Origin: Sporichthyaceae bacterium
GTDB taxonomy: Bacteria > Actinomycetota > Actinomycetes > JACCUZ01
Reading direction: 5' to 3'
Assembly: GCA_031365725.1 (NCBI GenBank)
Contig: JANLYQ010000010.1
Span: 50,238 to 114,237 of the forward strand
Length of the DNA stretch: 64,000 nt
The translations under genes were made by a program, and so were the position numbers. Shown one piece after another: positions 62,874-64,000 of the stretch; position 1 is the stretch's first letter, and each line of letters begins with the position of its first letter. The notes beneath the pieces were generated by a model. It was not told where the DNA came from, did not search any database, and saw only the letters and a list, made by a program, of their open reading frames with translations.

Positions 62874-64000
62874 TTAGTGCCCGAGCAGTCGCGCCAAGGC
62901 GGCCGCACGGCGCGAGGGCCGGCCGGTGCGCTCCTCCTCGGCGTCGGCCCCGGTCATGACCGCAAGCGAGGCACTGACACCGATCCACCGCAGCGGCTCC
63001 GGCTCCCAGGGACGGGACCGGTGGTTGACCCACGGCAGGGAAGTGAGGTCGGTGTCGCGGCGCAGCACGAGGTCAGCCAGGGTGCGGCCGGCGAGGTTGG
63101 TGGTGGACACCCCGTCGCCGACGTAGCCGCCGGCCCAGGCCAGGCCGGTGGCGCGGTCGAGACCGACCGATGCGCACCAGTCGCGGGCGATGCCCAGCGG
63201 GCCGCCCCACGAGTGGGTGATGGCGGCGTCGGCGGTCACCGGCAGCAGGTCAGTCAGAACTCGTTGCAGTGCCTCGAAAACTGCCGGCTCACGGTCACTG
63301 GCGGGGGTGATGCGCGAGCCGAAGTGATAGGGCGCACCGCGTCCGCCGAAGGCCAGCCGCCCGTCGGCCGTGCGCTGGCCGTAGACGACGAGGTGCCGGT
63401 GGTCGGTGAACGTCTCCCGCTCGGCGAGCCCGATCTGGTCCCAGATCTCCGCGCCCATCGGCTCGGTGGCGATCATCAACGAGTAGACCGGCGCGAGGGC
63501 GCGGCGCAGACCTGGCAGCTGCGCGGTGAACCCCTCGGTCGCTCGAACGACGACGTCCGCCCGGACCCGTCCCCGCGCCGTCTCCACGCGGTTCGGGGCG
63601 ATCGAGGTCACGGGTGTCTGCTCGTAGACAGTCACGCCATGGCGCTCGACCGCCCGGGCCAGGCCTCGCACCAGCTTGGTGGGGTGCACCGCGGCGCAGT
63701 GCGGCGTGTAGGTCGCGCCGAGCACGCGGGTCGCGTCCAACCGGAGCCGAGCCTCGTCCGCCCCGAGCAGGGTGAGGTCGTCGTCGGTGAAACCCCACCG
63801 GCGTGACTCCGCGACCATGGCTCCGGCGCGTTGCAGCTGCAACGGCGTGCGAGCGGCCGTGATGGTCCCGCCCTTGCGGAAGTCGCAGTCGATGTCCTCG
63901 GCTGCGGCGACCCGGCCGACCTCGTCCACCGTCGCCTGCATCGCCCGGTGCTGGGCGACGGCGCGCTGGTCGCCGTACCGCTTGGCGAGCCACGGGATCG
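62874..64000 (-). CDS. FAD-dependent oxidoreductase (glycine/D-amino-acid oxidase-like), 5'-partial: the N-terminus lies beyond the window end
   Basis: The reading frame stays open to the window edge (...IPWLAKRYGDQRAVAQHRAMQATVDEVG...). DAO-family C-terminal region. Confidence 0.7.
   Translation of the reverse strand, partial: IPWLAKRYGDQRAVAQHRAMQATVDEVGRVAAAEDIDCDFRKGGTITAARTPLQLQRAGAMVAESRRWGFTDDDLTLLGADEARLRLDATRVLGATYTPHCAAVHPTKLVRGLARAVERHGVTVYEQTPVTSIAPNRVETARGRVRADVVVRATEGFTAQLPGLRRALAPVYSLMIATEPMGAEIWDQIGLAERETFTDHRHLVVYGQRTADGRLAFGGRGAPYHFGSRITPASDREPAVFEALQRVLTDLLPVTADAAITHSWGGPLGIARDWCASVGLDRATGLAWAGGYVGDGVSTTNLAGRTLADLVLRRDTDLTSLPWVNHRSRPWEPEPLRWIGVSASLAVMTGADAEEERTGRPSRRAAALARLLGH

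Noticed and set aside
63295-63993. 232-aa minus ORF in an alternative frame at the window end
   Set aside because: Arg-rich alternative frame of the FAD-dependent oxidoreductase gene, whose true frame remains open to the window edge.

Overview
This 64-kb window is a high-GC (~72%) actinobacterial chromosomal core segment. Gene order closely follows the conserved Mycobacterium/Streptomyces backbone: leuCD-hupB ... cofC-plsC-gpsA-ddl-thiL-rpmB-DAK2-recG-rsmD-coaD-yceD-rpmF-rnc-fpg-smc-ftsY-amt-glnK-glnD-ffh-rpsP-KH-rimM-trmD-rplS-lepB-rnhB ... yraN-comM-dprA-xerC-whiG ... rpsB-tsf-pyrH-frr-cdsA-rlmN. I call about 70 protein-coding genes, nearly all housekeeping: translation, DNA repair and recombination, nitrogen control, the SRP pathway and lipid metabolism. 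I see no rRNA, tRNA or CRISPR, and no transposase or phage genes. rpmF (L32, 57 aa) is missing from the ORF track because it is under 60 aa; rpmB (L28, 61 aa) is hidden inside a spurious 650-aa antisense ORF. Several true starts differ from the ORF-track starts (leuC, gpsA, ddl, glnD, amt, trmD, rplS, frr, cofC, plsC and others) and were re-derived from conserved N-termini, ribosome-binding sites and stop/start overlaps. The features not explained by the gene annotation are: (1) three copies of a ~90-bp GTAC-bounded palindromic element I cannot assign to any known repeat or ncRNA class, two of them inside a 575-bp non-coding repeat island inserted between smc and ftsY; (2) a (CCGGGGG)7 G-quadruplex-type microsatellite next to the third copy; (3) rsmD with no canonical start codon, where a CTG overlapping the recG stop is the only plausible start; (4) 15-nt tandem DNA repeats encoding (AP[AV]AE)n tails on both ribosomal proteins S16 and S2, with similar low-complexity tails on HU, DprA and XerC; (5) local breaks in the conserved synteny: a PLP transsulfuration enzyme between gpsA and ddl, an unknown 335-aa protein where mycobacteria have ung, and a lipoprotein plus small coiled-coil ORF between fpg and smc. 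Intergenic coordinates were read by eye and may be off by 1-2 bp; CDS coordinates are anchored to the ORF-track frames.
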